From: Zygnema circumcarinatum SAG 698-1b
Taxonomy: Eukaryota > Plantae > Zygnematophyceae
Direction of reading: 5' to 3'
Assembly: GCA_037447605.1 (NCBI GenBank)
Contig: CM074805.1
Span: 4,931,361 to 4,995,360, forward strand
DNA length: 64,000 nt
Shown here: in pieces, positions 1-13,441 of the stretch
Layout of the letters: every line of letters starts with the position of its first letter
Numbering within the stretch: position 1 is the stretch's first letter
The notes under the pieces: model-generated
Database searches by the model: none
Told to the model about the DNA's origin: nothing
The model's input: only the letters and a program-made list of their open reading frames with translations
Made by a program: the position numbers and the translations under genes

Positions 1-620
1 GGCTCCTAACGGTTCAACCGGGTTTAATGGGTTTTTAGGGTCCGGTCGTGCGAACCTGGAGATGCGGCAGGGAAGGGGCGAAGATGCGATTGGAGGTCGA
101 AGGCAGTCGCCCGTGCGGTGCCACGTGTACGGAAAAATGGGCCGTCCGATCTGATCGCGGGTATCGGCCAATCGCTGCTCGGCGCGGGAGCGCGCGCGCG
201 CGCACCGACAGTTTGAAAGTCGGCGTACGGCCACGCGACACGTGGCGTCGAAATGTCGGTGGCAAGCGAGGAGGCGGCGGAGGGACGAGGGAGAGCGGGA
301 GGGAGGGCGAGGAGGGAGAGGAGGGAGGAGAGCTGGAGGGAGAGGAGGGAGGAGAGCTGGAGGGAGAGGAGGGGGAGGAGGAGGAAGGGGGAATAGGGCA
401 GGTGAAGGGAGGGGATTGAAGCAGGAAGGAGGTGAAGGGAAAGGGAGAGGAGAGGGTGCTGGTTAGTAAGGGAAGGTGAGGGAGGAAGGCCGAGACAAGG
501 GAGAAGGGAAGAGAGAGAGCGACAGAAGAGAGAGCGAGGTAGAGGGAGAGAGAGATAGGAGGGAGATCAAGAAAACATGGAAGGAAGATGGAACACATGC
601 TTCTGGGTCGAAGGAAGGTG

Positions 621-628
621 TATATAAA
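621..628 (+). promoter_or_regulatory. TATA box upstream of OSCA-a
   Basis: TATATAAA ~240 bp upstream of the ATG, after a GA-rich tract. Confidence 0.55.
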
Positions 629-866
629 CCGGGGGATATAGACGGCGCGCCCGTGCTCCCAAACTCTCCTTTTCTCTTAACAACCTGATCCACATTCTCT
701 GCGTTTACAGCTCAGAAAAATATTACACTTTTCTAAGTAAAGAAGTCATTCTGTCGTCTCTCTCTCGCTGAAACCCCATCACTGCCTGTCTCCGTTGACC
801 TCGTACACCCCTTTGATTGCCGAACGAAATTCAATTTGTTGACCTCGACCTCCTGCGCAGCCCGCC

Positions 867-1147
867 ATGATCACTTTGGCCTCCCTCTTCCTCTCTCTGG
901 GCACCTCCTTCCTCCTCTTCCTCGGGTTCGTGGCCCTCTTCTTCGTGCTCGCTTCGCAGCCACGCAATGACGTCATCTACTTTCCCGCCCTCCTCGAGAA
1001 AGGCATCCAAGTGCGGCCCCTCACATTGCACCGCATGGTCATGGAGACCTACAATTCGTCGGAAGATGATGTTGTCAAGATGTCCGGGATTGACGCAGCC
1101 ATTTACTTGCGCCACCTCACGAATGGTGCGTCTTTGAAACTCTCGCA

Positions 1148-1192
<45 letters not shown>

Positions 1193-4100
1193 GGGATTTT
1201 CTCCTTTCTTTCTCACTGTCTCTACCTTTCCCTCTACTTGCCTCACAGTAAAGACGATGACAGTCTGGTTTTGGCTTTTCTCCCGGGTTCCTTTATTGCA
1301 ATTCCAGCTATAAAACTTCTCGCATTCTGCTCCTTCTACTGCGTTTTCGTGCTCCTTCCGATCTGTCTAAGTGACGACTACTACGCTACTCTCAGCGCGA
1401 CCTCCGACATCTCCTACACCGATTTCAGCATTCTCTCCATGGGGAACATCACGGTCAGTCTCTTTTCCACTCTTCCATTGTCATGCTTCCCCACATCTCT
1501 CTCTCTCTCTCTCTCGCTATCTCGCCCTTCATTTTCTCTCACTTTCCCACTCTCTCTCTCTCTCCCTTCCTGTGTGTCCCCCCTCCCCGTCATCTCCTAA
1601 TGTGCCATTAGTGAAACCCTCACCCTCTCCCCCCTTTCGCCGGTCTAGTTAGCCTGTCCAAAACAAGCAGTTCCCTTTGTTTTCAATGTTCAGCCCGGCA
1701 GCAATAAAATCTGGGCGTTCGCAATTGGCGTGTATTGGATATCTCTCGGAACACTCTATTTTCTCTTTACATCATTCGTGAGCATCACAGACATGCGTGC
1801 CAAGTATCTGTATACTGAAAAGCCAAGACCGGAGCAATACGGAATACTCGTGCAATACATTCCCCGTGCACCAAAGGGCGTTCACATGGCGAAGTTTGTC
1901 GATGATTTTTTCAGAAAGTTTCATCCCGAGCATTTCCAGAGATCTCTACTCATTTCAGACATATCCGAAGTGAGCGTTCGGCCCTTTCTTTTTTCTTTTA
2001 ATTCTTTTCTCTGGGTCTGCTCTGTTCAATTCTATTCCCCCAAATAACGCGTATTCTACGTTTAACAAGCTCTTTTTCTCTCTTGGACAGGTTGTGAAAG
2101 TCCACAGAAAACTGTTGGATGCTCGCCGAAAATTTGGTCGAGCCGAAGCGCAGTTGTCTCGGTCCTCGTCACCTCCCCGCGAGAAGATCGGCCTTTTTGG
2201 GTGCATTGGGGAAGAAGTGGACTCATTCGAATACTACAAGGAGCAAACTGAGCGCCTTGAAAGGGAGCTGCCTGTGGAGCAGAGGAAGGTGCTTGAGAAT
2301 CCGAGCAAAGTCGTGTCCGCGCTTGTTTTTTTCGACTGTCGGAAAACGGCGGCCAGTGCGGCTCATGTGATTTATGCTACCCGATTGGACAATTGGCAAG
2401 TATCTCCGGCGCCGGGCCCCACAGAAATTATATGGAGCAATGTCTCAATATCATTGTTCGAGCGATGGGTGCGAGAGACAGTTGTAGGCTGCATTGTTTT
2501 TGCGACCATTTGCTTCTACACGGTAAGTTGGAGCTCAACAGAAGGATGATGCTCTTTTACAGTCTTTGAAATTGTTTTCCTGTTTGGAATTAGAGCTTTA
2601 TAAGACTGCTTAAGCGTTCCTGCTGGTCGTATGCGAAAGCATTATGACTTATATATGTGTGAATGATATGATGCAGGTGCCCATCACCCTCATTTCTAGT
2701 TTCACAACATTGACGGAGTTAAATACGCTTCTGCCGTTTCTCGAACCAATCACCAACATGTAAGTGATCCTGACTTCTGTCTTTTTCTGTCAATTGCCAG
2801 TTTCAATTTCTCGATCTGGGGTCCGAGCATTTGCGCTATTGACTGTGAAAGGAACCAGAAAGGAAAGGCGATGCTCCAGTTAAAACTTGCAGAGAACATT
2901 TTCTGTGAAGCGAATGAAGGTAATTGACATGAAGTGTGACCTGTGGGCTATAACACGTGGCACTTCCGATTGCAGAACTTGGATTGCAACGATTCTGGAG
3001 GCATACCTCCCCCAGTTGGCTCTTCTTACCTTCACAGCAGTCCTTCCGTACCTCCTCCGATACTTGTCCTTCGTCGAAGGCTATTACTCTCAGAGCAGTA
3101 TCGTCAAAGCGGCAGTTTCGAAAAAGTTTTACTTTTCTGTCCTCAATGAGTTCATTGGAGTTACGTTAACAGCCGGGTTGTTCGATTCCCTTGCTTCCAT
3201 CATCGAATCGCCGGCGAGCATCATATCCCTCCTGGCCACCTCGATCCCCGATAACGCTACATTTTTCATCTCCTACATTGCGCTCAAGTAAGAACACCAA
3301 AGCGAATTCTGAGTAATACAAAATGGAGTTGAGGTTTCTTGAGATTTTTTTATGACGAAGTCGATCAAGTCGGCGGAGTCAACGAAGTAGATTGACTGCC
3401 CGTCCGTTAGCGTGTTGCAGGATGACATGCAAGGCCGGGAAGCATGGATGCATCTCATACTGCAAACTAAAACCCAAAAATTTGGAAAAGAAGAAAACCA
3501 GGAATTTGCTGACTAGTCCCTGAAATACGCAAAACTTGCAGATTCCTCACCGGATACGGCTTGGAGATATCGCGGTTGACGTACTTCTTCACATACTATG
3601 CGGAGCGCGCCTACATGCTGAAGACTGACCGAGACCCGAGCGTCCTTTGGAAGCCGCAAGCGCTCTCCTATGTGAACTATGTCCCGAACGATCTCCTCGT
3701 CATCATTCTCGCACTCTGCTATGCCGTCGTTGCGCCGACCATTCTCCCCTTTGGCATCCTGTACTTTGCTCTCGGGTGGCTCGTGCTCAAGCACCAAGTA
3801 GGTGAAGGCTTTCGGTTATCGAAGGCCAAGCTTTGCATTACATTCTGATACTCTATCGCAGTACTGCTCCTAATCTTGAAGTGTGTGTCGAGCTCCTAAT
3901 TCTCGCAAGCTTTTTTTTCCTGTCCTCGCAGATTCTGAACGTGTACCATCCTCAGTATGAAAGTGCGGGACAGTTGTGGCCGTTGATCCACCGCAACATC
4001 GTGGGGGCGCTGATAATCGCCCAGATCACAATGATTGGGTATTTCGGCATAAAGGGATTCGTCTATACGCCAATTCTCATCCCTCTGCCAATCGTATGCA

Positions 4101-4330
4101 TCCTTTATTTGTATTATTGTCACAAGCGGTTTGAGAAGATATACAGCATCACGTCCTTGGAGATGGCAAGTCATCCCGTGGAGAGAGAACTTCAGATCGA
4201 GGAAATTGTCGAAGCATATCTTCCTGAATGCATGGCCGGCGTTCCAACAGGAATTTACATGCATCGAGATGATCCGCCGCAAGCAGAGGGGCTTGACCTT
4301 GAAATCGTGCAATCGGATCAAAAAAGATAG
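867..4330 (+). CDS. ERD4: ERD4/OSCA3.1-like (CSC1/TMEM63) hyperosmolality-gated channel, paralogue a, multi-exon
   Basis: N-term MITLASLFLSLGTSFLLFLGF, then DAAIYLR, LSMGNI, AYLPQLAL, ATFFISYIALK, PF..LYF.LGWLVLKHQ and YESAGQLWPLIH; the exons join at GT-AG junctions. Confidence 0.92.
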
Positions 4331-6147
4331 CTTGTAAGAGAGAGTCTCAGAGCAGGGAATTAACTAAAAGAAGGACAAGCCTTGCTTCTGGAACGAATGA
4401 AGGAAAATCTGTACATCTTCAGAGTGAGCAAACTTAGGGAAGCATTTCACTCATCAATGTAATAACAGTCGGAAAGAGAGGATTCATTAGCAGCCATCCT
4501 TCATTCTTTAGTGCCCATTAGCGGCCTGGAGCTAGCACTATTTTTCATCCAATTTTGGAAAGGTTTGTACAGTTGAATTTGGGTTTCTGTATTTTATTCT
4601 CACTCGATCATAATGTGGCTGGACGTTTCACTGGAAGTCATTGCAATGGAATAATGTCATGGCACAAGTTGATTGCTGATTTTTTTCGTACGCGGAAACC
4701 ATTCATTACTTTCTCGATCCCCCGATTGGCGCCCTCCGATGTGGGCCGTGGCATCCCTCGTTTGGGCTGCGCCTCTATGCGGGGTTCATCGCTGGACTGG
4801 AGAAACAAGGTGACGTCAACCGGTCGGTCCTCATGGAGTCATAGACCTCACTCATGGTGCGTCCTCCTCTCCGCTTACGTCAGCATGTGACGAGGGTGGA
4901 GGTCACGACCCGCAACCGTGAGCACGAAACCAACAGCTCCAGTTGCAAACTGGCGCAAGTTTGCGACCCGCCACCGGTCGAGGTTCGAACCTCGACCGAG
5001 CCATGGGACACACAACTCAAGCAGGTCGAACCATTTGCATTCGCAAACAATGCCCAACCAGTCAACGGTTTCTTTCTGTCATTAACATGCTTCAAATCCT
5101 AAAAGCACCGAATAAATTTCCATTTATAGGCTTTTTCGATCTGTCCTTAGGTCATTTGTGACTGATTCCTTTGGTTCCCCATGTTGATTTTACCCATGTA
5201 CGTTTGATGGCCTCGCCATCGTGAGATCAATGCTATGTCTCTTTTCTAAAAGCACCAAGTGGTTAAGGGAAGGTCATGATCTGGTCATGGAAGGTCACGG
5301 GCAATGATCGAAAATCATGACCCCGGTCATGAGACATCCACGAAAACGGCATGACGCAGTGCCTGATTCTGACGTCACCAACCGTGACAGAGTGCAAACT
5401 AGCATTCCGCATCCGCATCGCTGACGTCATGCATAGCAGCCTGACCATAGAGGAAGCTCCACGTGGCAGGATTTCCAGATTCCTTATTGTTCGTACATGT
5501 AGGTACAAGTTCGTACGCTCATTTCGTATGAATCGTACGATTGTACGGTACCCCGCCGCTAGGACGACGACCATTGGCGGAAATCCCGAGCGACAGGCTG
5601 ACGTCAGGGACCTCCGGAAACCTCGAGGAAACTGTCTCGCCGGCCGGATTTGTGCCGGCTCCGCCCGAGCGGGAACTGTTCGCACGTGCGAATCGGACCA
5701 GCGATTGGCGGACACGGAAACATGAGGGGCCCAGTCCGTGGGCGACACGTGGCGGTGGGCTGCCTGCCCGCCTCCCTCATCTCCCCCTCCCTCCACAGGC
5801 GGGCCCTGCTGTGAGGAGGGGGCGGAATTATGGCTGCCTGACGTGTGGCGCTATACCTCTCTCCCTCTCTCCCTCTGTCCGTCTCCCTCTCTCCCCCGCC
5901 CTCTCCCTCGCCCTCTCCCTCTCCTTCTCCCTTTCTCGTCTGGACATTCTTCCTCTATTTCTCCTTCTCCGCTTTCCCTTGCTCTTCCTCTCTCCTCTCC
6001 GCCATACTCATGACCCGCTACGGGGATTCTTGATCTCCCACTTCATTCTTTCACATACATATGCAAAGACAAACAGACAGACAGACGCTGAGAGAGGGGT
6101 AAAACGAAGGAGAAGAGGAGGAGAGAGAGCGAGAGGGCGAGGAATCC

Positions 6148-9100
6148 ATGGCCCGCTCGCTATGGTACCGCCTCAAGGCTCGTCTTTTCGGGCAGCCCGA
6201 GCGCCCCAATTCCCGAAAAATCATTGTCAATCTCCCACACGTGGACCAATCCGAGGCCTTCATAGACAACCACATCTCCACCACGAAGTACCACTGGTAC
6301 AGCTTCCTCCCAAAGGGTCTGTGGGAGCAATTCCGCCGCGTCGCTAACATCTACTTCCTCTTCCACGCCATCCTCTCCCTCACTCCTGTCTCTCCCGTAA
6401 GCCCCGTGACGACAGTTGTGCCCCTCGTCTTTGTGATCGGAGTCGCAATGCTGAAGGAGCTTTGGGAAGACATTCAGCGCGGCCGGTCCGACAGGGAAAC
6501 CAATTTCCGGAGAGTCGCCGTCATGGTGCCAGGTGGCGGTGAGAGATTGGCTGCGGTGGCGCCAGCTGGCGACGAGGGCGGCGGTGGGACGCAAACGGTA
6601 ACTCGCACTTGGAAAACTGTTCAAGTGGGCGACATTGTTCGAGTTGAAGGCGACGAGTTCTTTCCGGCCGACCTCTTGTGTCTCAAAACGAGCGATGTGG
6701 GGGGCGGGTGCTATGTCGAGACGATGAATTTGGACGGTGAGACAAACTTGAAGCTGAGGAATGCTGTGGAGGCGACGCGTGGCATGACAACAGAGGAGCT
6801 GAGCCATTTGTCGGCAAGGATTGAGTGCGAGCAACCGAACGTGTCGATTTATACTTTTGTTGGAAACTTGATATTGGGAAAGGCTGGGGAAGGAGGTAGG
6901 CCAGCGGCAAAGGAGGGGGAGGAGGGGGAGGAGGGGAGGGATGGCGAGGGAGAGGGAGAGCGCATTAGTTTATCGCCTTCTCAGATCCTCCTTAGAGGCT
7001 CGCGTTTAAAAAACACAAAGTATGTCTATGGGGTTGTTGTATTTACGGGATTCGATACAAAGATCATGATGAACGCAACGGACCCGCCGTCAAAACGGTC
7101 GATCATAGAGAAACGGCTCGACTACATTGTTATTTTTCAGCTAATTTTGTTGCTCTCGATGGCGGGGTCAACGGCCGTAGCATTCGCATTTATTCTGCGG
7201 AGCAGGATGCCGGATCAGTGGTATTTGGAGCCGGGAGATACAAACATGGCAACCGGAATTGGGTCTGCACAATTTAATTGGAGAAATCCGGCGGTTGCGG
7301 GAGTGCTGCAGTTCTTCACAGGGCTCGTTCTGTACGGTGAGGAAAAGTGGGAAGTCGAGGTCATAGAAATGTCTGGTTAATTGGGGTTTAAGGTGATTTT
7401 TTTAACCTATTAATTGGGTGTTACTCGGTACTTTCTTGCTCGTCAATGAACCTTTTTATAGGAAGTTTAATAGTCAAATTGGAACAGCCGATGGGGTTCG
7501 AAGTGAGGGAGCGGGAAAGGGGAAGAGAGAGCACAGAGGCAGAGAAAATGCGGATGGGAGAGGTGTGTAGCGGAAGGGAGAGAAGAGACTTGGCATTAGC
7601 TAGTTTATGGGACTATGTGACGTGCATATCTCGCCCAACACACCATTTTTCAAGGGCATCCTGTTCTGAAAGCATCGGAACAAATTTGAATGTAGCTCTG
7701 CTTTGCATAAATTTGCTGAAATCGTGTGAGAGACGTTTCTCTTTATAGACCGAACAATCGAATTCTCGTCCAACAGGAGTTCTGGGTTTGATTTGGTATT
7801 GTAGGTTACTTTGTGCCTATTTCACTCTACGTCTCAATTGAAATCGTAAAATTGATCCAATCGAAGTTCATCAATGCGGACCGGGCGATGTATTACGACG
7901 AAAAGGACATCGGAGCCAGAGCCCGGACATCCAATCTTAACGAAGAGCTCGGCATGGTGAGAACCTGGAGATGGCGGTCCTAACCGATTCTCTCTCCCAC
8001 TCTCCCTCCCTCTCTCTCCCTTTCTCTCTTTCTGTTGGCCTCTCTCTCCCTCCTCTTACTCTCTCCTTATCAGCATGGTTCCCACTCCCCCACCCTCCCN
8101 NNNNNNNNNGCCCCCTCCCCCCCTGCCCCTTTGCTTCCATTGACTACCAATACTATCTAATTTTAGCTCGCAATCAGACTTTTGCTTCCTGCAATCTCAG
8201 GCACGAGATGACGTATTTCTCTAACGGGCTCAACAGAAACAAACCCAGAAGCAAACCCTTCCCAAATTTTCACCCAAACATGTCCGTATTCCTCTCCCTT
8301 CCTCACGCAACTCTGGTCATTCTCCTGGGCAGATTAAGACGATTCTGTCTGACAAAACGGGGACCCTCACTCGAAACCAAATGGATTTTTTCAAATGCTC
8401 AATTGCCGGCGTCTCCTATGGAACGGGCGCCACAGAAGTCGAGAGAGCAGCTGCACTTCGGGCCGGACAGGAAATCGAAATCGAGGACGAAGATGAAGTC
8501 TACGTTCCGGAAAAGCCACTCGAAAAGGGCTTCAATATGAAGGATTCGCGGTTAGATGCCATGAATTGGTTGAAGTCAACAGATTCCGTCACAATTCGAC
8601 GGTTTCTGGAGGTTTTGGCGGTCTGCCATACAGTTGTGACTGACGGAGGAAACGATCCCGATACGATTAAATACATGGCGGAGTCTCCGGATGAGGCGGC
8701 TTTTGTGGTGGCTGCCAAAAGATTTGGACTATTTTTTCATCGCAGGGAAGCTAACGAAATCGCCGTTCGAGAGTACGGGGAGGAGAGTTCGGTGGTTGCG
8801 GAGCGAAAATACGTGTTGCTGTCGACCCTCGAATTTTCCAGCGCTCGGTAAATCTCGCTTTCCAGGTTTAGGTTTTAAAAATGGGCTTTGTAGCGACCCA
8901 GATATCCCTGAGGGCAGATGCAAGTCCAGAGTGACAGAAACATTGTTCTGAGGGGTAACTGCTTTGCATCTTTACGGGTTTGTCGAGCTCGTAGGATGAG
9001 AGTTTTACATGTTTTAGGGTCTTAATTTTTTAGGGTTACTGACGGGGCAGGAAGCGGATGAGTGTGGTGGTGCGCGACCCGGAGGGCCGCCTCCTGCTGC

Positions 9101-11212
9101 TCTGCAAGGGCGCCGACAACATCATTTTGGAGCGGCTCGGCGGTGAAGTTGCGGCGCGCGAGTATGTCGAGGCCACCGCGCATCACATGAGGGAGCACGC
9201 GGAGGCGGGGCTCCGCACACTCGCCATCGCTTGGAAGCCGCTCGACGAGGGGAGCTTTCTCGACTGGCAGGTGCGGGAGGGGGAAGGGATTAGGGATTAG
9301 GGTTCAGGGTTCAGGGAGCGATGGGGTTTTCTATGGTTACTTGGCTTATTCAAGGGTTGTTAGGGTTTGGAGGCTCTAGGGTTACTGGGGTGTTCGAAAA
9401 CGGCTTGAGTTTCTAGAGCCTCTTTTTTAGGGTTCCTGATGTTTACAGAGTTTCTGGGTTCAGGGCCCTTTTCAGTGATGCAGGGATAAGAGCTTGGCGG
9501 GTTTAGCTAGGGTTGAGAGTTTTGAAGTCTTAGTTTAGGGTTCCAGAAGCTTTACAGGCTTCCAGGGAATTGTAAAGGTTTCAAAATTAGGGTTTCCAGA
9601 AGGGTGGGTTCAGAGTTTCGGGTTAGAGCTCCCCTGTCTGAGGAAATTCGACTCCAAAAGAACCCTAAACTTTAAACACCCCTACTCTCTTTACCCCGAA
9701 ACCTGAAACCCCTTCCGAGTTTCAAAACTTGCATACCCTAAAAACTTTGACCTCGTGAGTTATTGAACAGGTAAAGTGGAATTCCGTGAAACAAGACGTG
9801 ACGAGCGCGGCGATGCAAGCGCAAAGACTGGAAGCTCTCGCGGAAGAGTTGGAGCAGAATTTGGTCCTGCTCGGCTCCACCGCCATCGAGGACAAGCTGC
9901 AGGTCGGGGTTCCCCAGACCATCGCCAACTTGGCTCGGGCAGGCATAAAATTGTGGGTGCTGACCGGCGACAAACTCGAGACTGCGATCAATATCGGCTA
10001 CGCCTGCAGCCTGCTGCGGCCCGACATGACTCAGCACCTCATCCACGTGGAGGGCTCGGATTCGCTGCATCGCGAAGCCGAGAGACTCGGGAAGACCGTC
10101 GACGAGGTGAGCAAAATGCAGAATTGCGAGTCATCTTCCAACTTTCGGAAGGTTCTTAGGGTTTCCACACGTGTGAGTGAGACTTTTCTAAGCCTTTTTC
10201 TTTTTTCGGTTCGGGCAGGTAGCGGCGGAGGAAGTGGCTCGGCAAATCAGAGCCGGGAAAGCGGCCGCGGGCAGAGTCCGAACTTTTTCGGGCCCCGACG
10301 CCGCCCACGCCTTGGTGATCGACGGGGCGAGTTTGGCGCACGCGCTGGGCGACGCGGAGCTGCGGAGGGCGTTTCTGGAACTGGCGGTGGAGTGCGAGTC
10401 AGTCATCTGCTGCCGCGTGTCCCCCAAGCAGAAGGCGCTGGTCACGGAGCTCGTCAGGACGGAGGGAAAACAGATCTGTCTCGGGGTGGGGGACGGCGCA
10501 AACGACGTCGGGATGATTCAGAAAGCGAACATTGGGGTGGGGATCGCGGGAGAGGAGGGCCAGCAGGTAAAAAAAAAAAAAAAAAAAAAAGAGAGAGAGA
10601 AGGAGAAGGGGAGAAGAGTATGTTGTTTTGGCTGCGGGTGGTAGACTTCGTCTTTCCTTTTATTGGCGTGAGCTGACATTTTTCTAAATTTGTTTGCGGT
10701 TGTTTGTTTTGTCCGGGCAGGCAGTCATGGCGTCGGACTTTTCGATCGGCCAGTTCCGTTTTTTGGAGCGCCTCCTGCTCGTCCACGGGGGGTGGTCTTA
10801 TCGCCGAATTGCTTTCATGGTACGATCATAAAAAAAGAAAGATAACCATAGCCTGCATCAAACCACAAACATATAGACCAATTTCTGCGATTTTGCCCCA
10901 TATTTCAGTTTCCTCAATTTTTAAGCTCAGCATAGGCCAACCCATGCACCCCCTATTTCCCCGCAGGTGAATTTCTTCTTCTACAAGAACTTCGTGTACG
11001 GCTTCACCGTGTTCTACTACAACATGTTCGCGCAAGTGTCGGGGTCCTCCGTGTACTACGATTGGTACCTCTCGCTCTACAACGTCATCTTCTCGGCCTT
11101 CCCCGTCTGCGTGGCGGCCTGCATCGACCAGGACGTCAAGGCCATATATCGGATCCGCTTTCCGCAGCTCTATCGGATGGTACGGCCTCTCCCTCCTCTC
11201 CTATCATCCTCC

Positions 11213-11246
<34 letters not shown>

Positions 11247-11372
11247 CCTCTCTCCTTCACACTCTCTCTTCCCATTTCCGTTTCTGCTGTCACCCTCCTC
11301 AGTCGCACTATTTTTCCTTTACAAGGACGTTTCTCCCTGCTTCCTTCCTCTAGCCCCCCCTCTCTCTCACTC

Positions 11373-11433
<61 letters not shown>

Positions 11434-12613
11434 TTGCCTCTCTCATAACTTTCTAGTATAGTTTCCTGCTCTTAAAAAGGGACGCAAAACAGAATTACAT
11501 CATACGTGTCACTACCAAGCCGAATTCCACGTGGCATCTTCCTATTTGCAGGGGCAGGAAAACAGCCGATTCACGTTTCTACGATTCGGACTTTGGATCG
11601 GAAATGGAATTTATCAGGCAAGGAACAACCCACGTCTTATTACATCTTCATAAAATCTGAATTGCGCAATCCATTGTGTAATTCTTCATGAATTTGCTGA
11701 CGTGCAATCCCACTACAAATGCATTCTTTTCCCGCTCACTTCTTCTTTTACCTCGGGCAAACATTAAAGAATTCTATTTTCGGGCTGGTGCAGTCTTTGG
11801 CGATTTTCTTCATAGTCATGGCCGCCTATTGGCTCGAAGCCGACCGGTCAGATGGAACAATGTTTGATTATCTCGTCGTCGGAACCACCATGTACACTGC
11901 CATTATTTTTGCCATATGCCTTATTTTTGCCTTATGCGTTCAGGTAAATGCTTCCGCACTCCCGAAAACGCTTTCTAATTCCTTTTAATGGAACCCCATG
12001 TTTTACCTTTTCTCTATTTCTGATCTCCCCTTTGTTCCCTTGTGCAGTATTGGACATGGATCCACCACTTCTCTATTTGGGGTTCAATCATGGCGTGGCT
12101 TCTTTTCGCAACTGTCCTCGCGGCCCTGCCCGGGTCTGTGGCCGGCGTTGCGGAAAATCTTTTTTTCTTCGTTGTGAGCGCGCCGAGTTTTTATTTGATC
12201 GTTCTGCTCGCGATGGTGGTCGCCCTGCTGCCCGATTTCACCGTCCGGGCGTTCAAAAGGCAAGTTTTCTTTGCTTTGCTGCCCAAAATGTGAACTTGGT
12301 TGGTTGAGTTGTTCGCCTTTTCAAAGTGTAAAGATCTCAGGGTCCTCTTCGCGTAATTCTCTGACCCAGCAAAATGACAAACTTCGTTGGGCACATTTTT
12401 TTTTGGTTGTTATGCAGAAATTATTTCCCCAGCGACTGCGACATCGTTCAAGAGATTGAAAGACACGAGTGGATGAGACGGCAGCACACGATTCGGCCCC
12501 GACGAGTTGAAGGGACAGGTGGCACCCAACGAGAGGTCCAAATGGATGATGGGAGGGAGTGGAGAGATACCGAACGGGCGGCGCAGCGAGTGGAAGGTTT
12601 CCGTGAACCATAA
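6148..12613 (+). CDS. ALA: P4-type phospholipid-flipping ATPase (ALA family), multi-exon
   Basis: [34 protein letters not shown] (~7815), DKTGTLT (~8358), [17 protein letters not shown]-like [23 protein letters not shown] and YKN TM motifs; stop at 12611-12613. Confidence 0.95.
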
Positions 12614-13441
12614 GTTGCTCAAATTAAGGGTCGGAAGTTATGGCAAGGGGGACCTTCTCTCTCTCGCGCGCTCTCTCTCTTTCTCTGTCTCTCTCCCCCC
12701 TCTCTCTCTCTCTCCCACCTTCCCTTCCATCTAAAAAAGGAAAAAAGGGGCCTCGGTTGCGGGGAGGGGGGGGGGAGGGGGGTAGCAAATCATTAAAATT
12801 AAATCGCTCGTTCACATTCTCAGCCTTCATGGTTCGTCGAAGGAGACTCTCGTTCCTTTTTCGGCCTTCACATAATTAGTTGAAAATAAGAGTTTGGGTA
12901 TTGAAATAGGACATAACACTGTTCGTGCCACAGCATTTGTTTGCCATTCGATTATGCTAAACTCGGGATGCATTCCCTCCTTTGAAGTTGTCAGGCAGCG
13001 ACTGTACAGTGTAGTCTTTACCTTCACACCTAGTGAGGACTTAGAATTAAAAGTAAGCTGGGTCCTCAGAATTGATAAATGTGCTCCGTTTATCTCAACT
13101 GGAAGCCGCGCTTAGAGCTCTTAGAATTGCCTGTAGGGCTGTAGAATTTGGAATGTTTAAGCAGAAAATACTTATGGCATTCCTTTGTACTCGTGTACAG
13201 CGAAGGCATGGTGGCGAGAATGCTGCTTTATGATTGAGAGGATTGGAAGGAGAATGGTGGAGATGTAAAGAATTTGTTGACTGGGTTGTGGGCTTCTGTA
13301 AGTTTTAGTACCTGTCTAAATATTTTTTTGGTCTTAATGCTCATTGACCTGCAAATGGCGCTCCCTCCTCCCCTCCCCTCCCTTTCTCCCTTCCAAATCT
13401 GTACGAACAGAGGGAGGCTCCTCCTCACTACCGTACAACTC

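Noticed and set aside
35-693. ORFs in the GA-rich tract
   Set aside because: Stop-poor low-complexity sequence with no recognisable domain.
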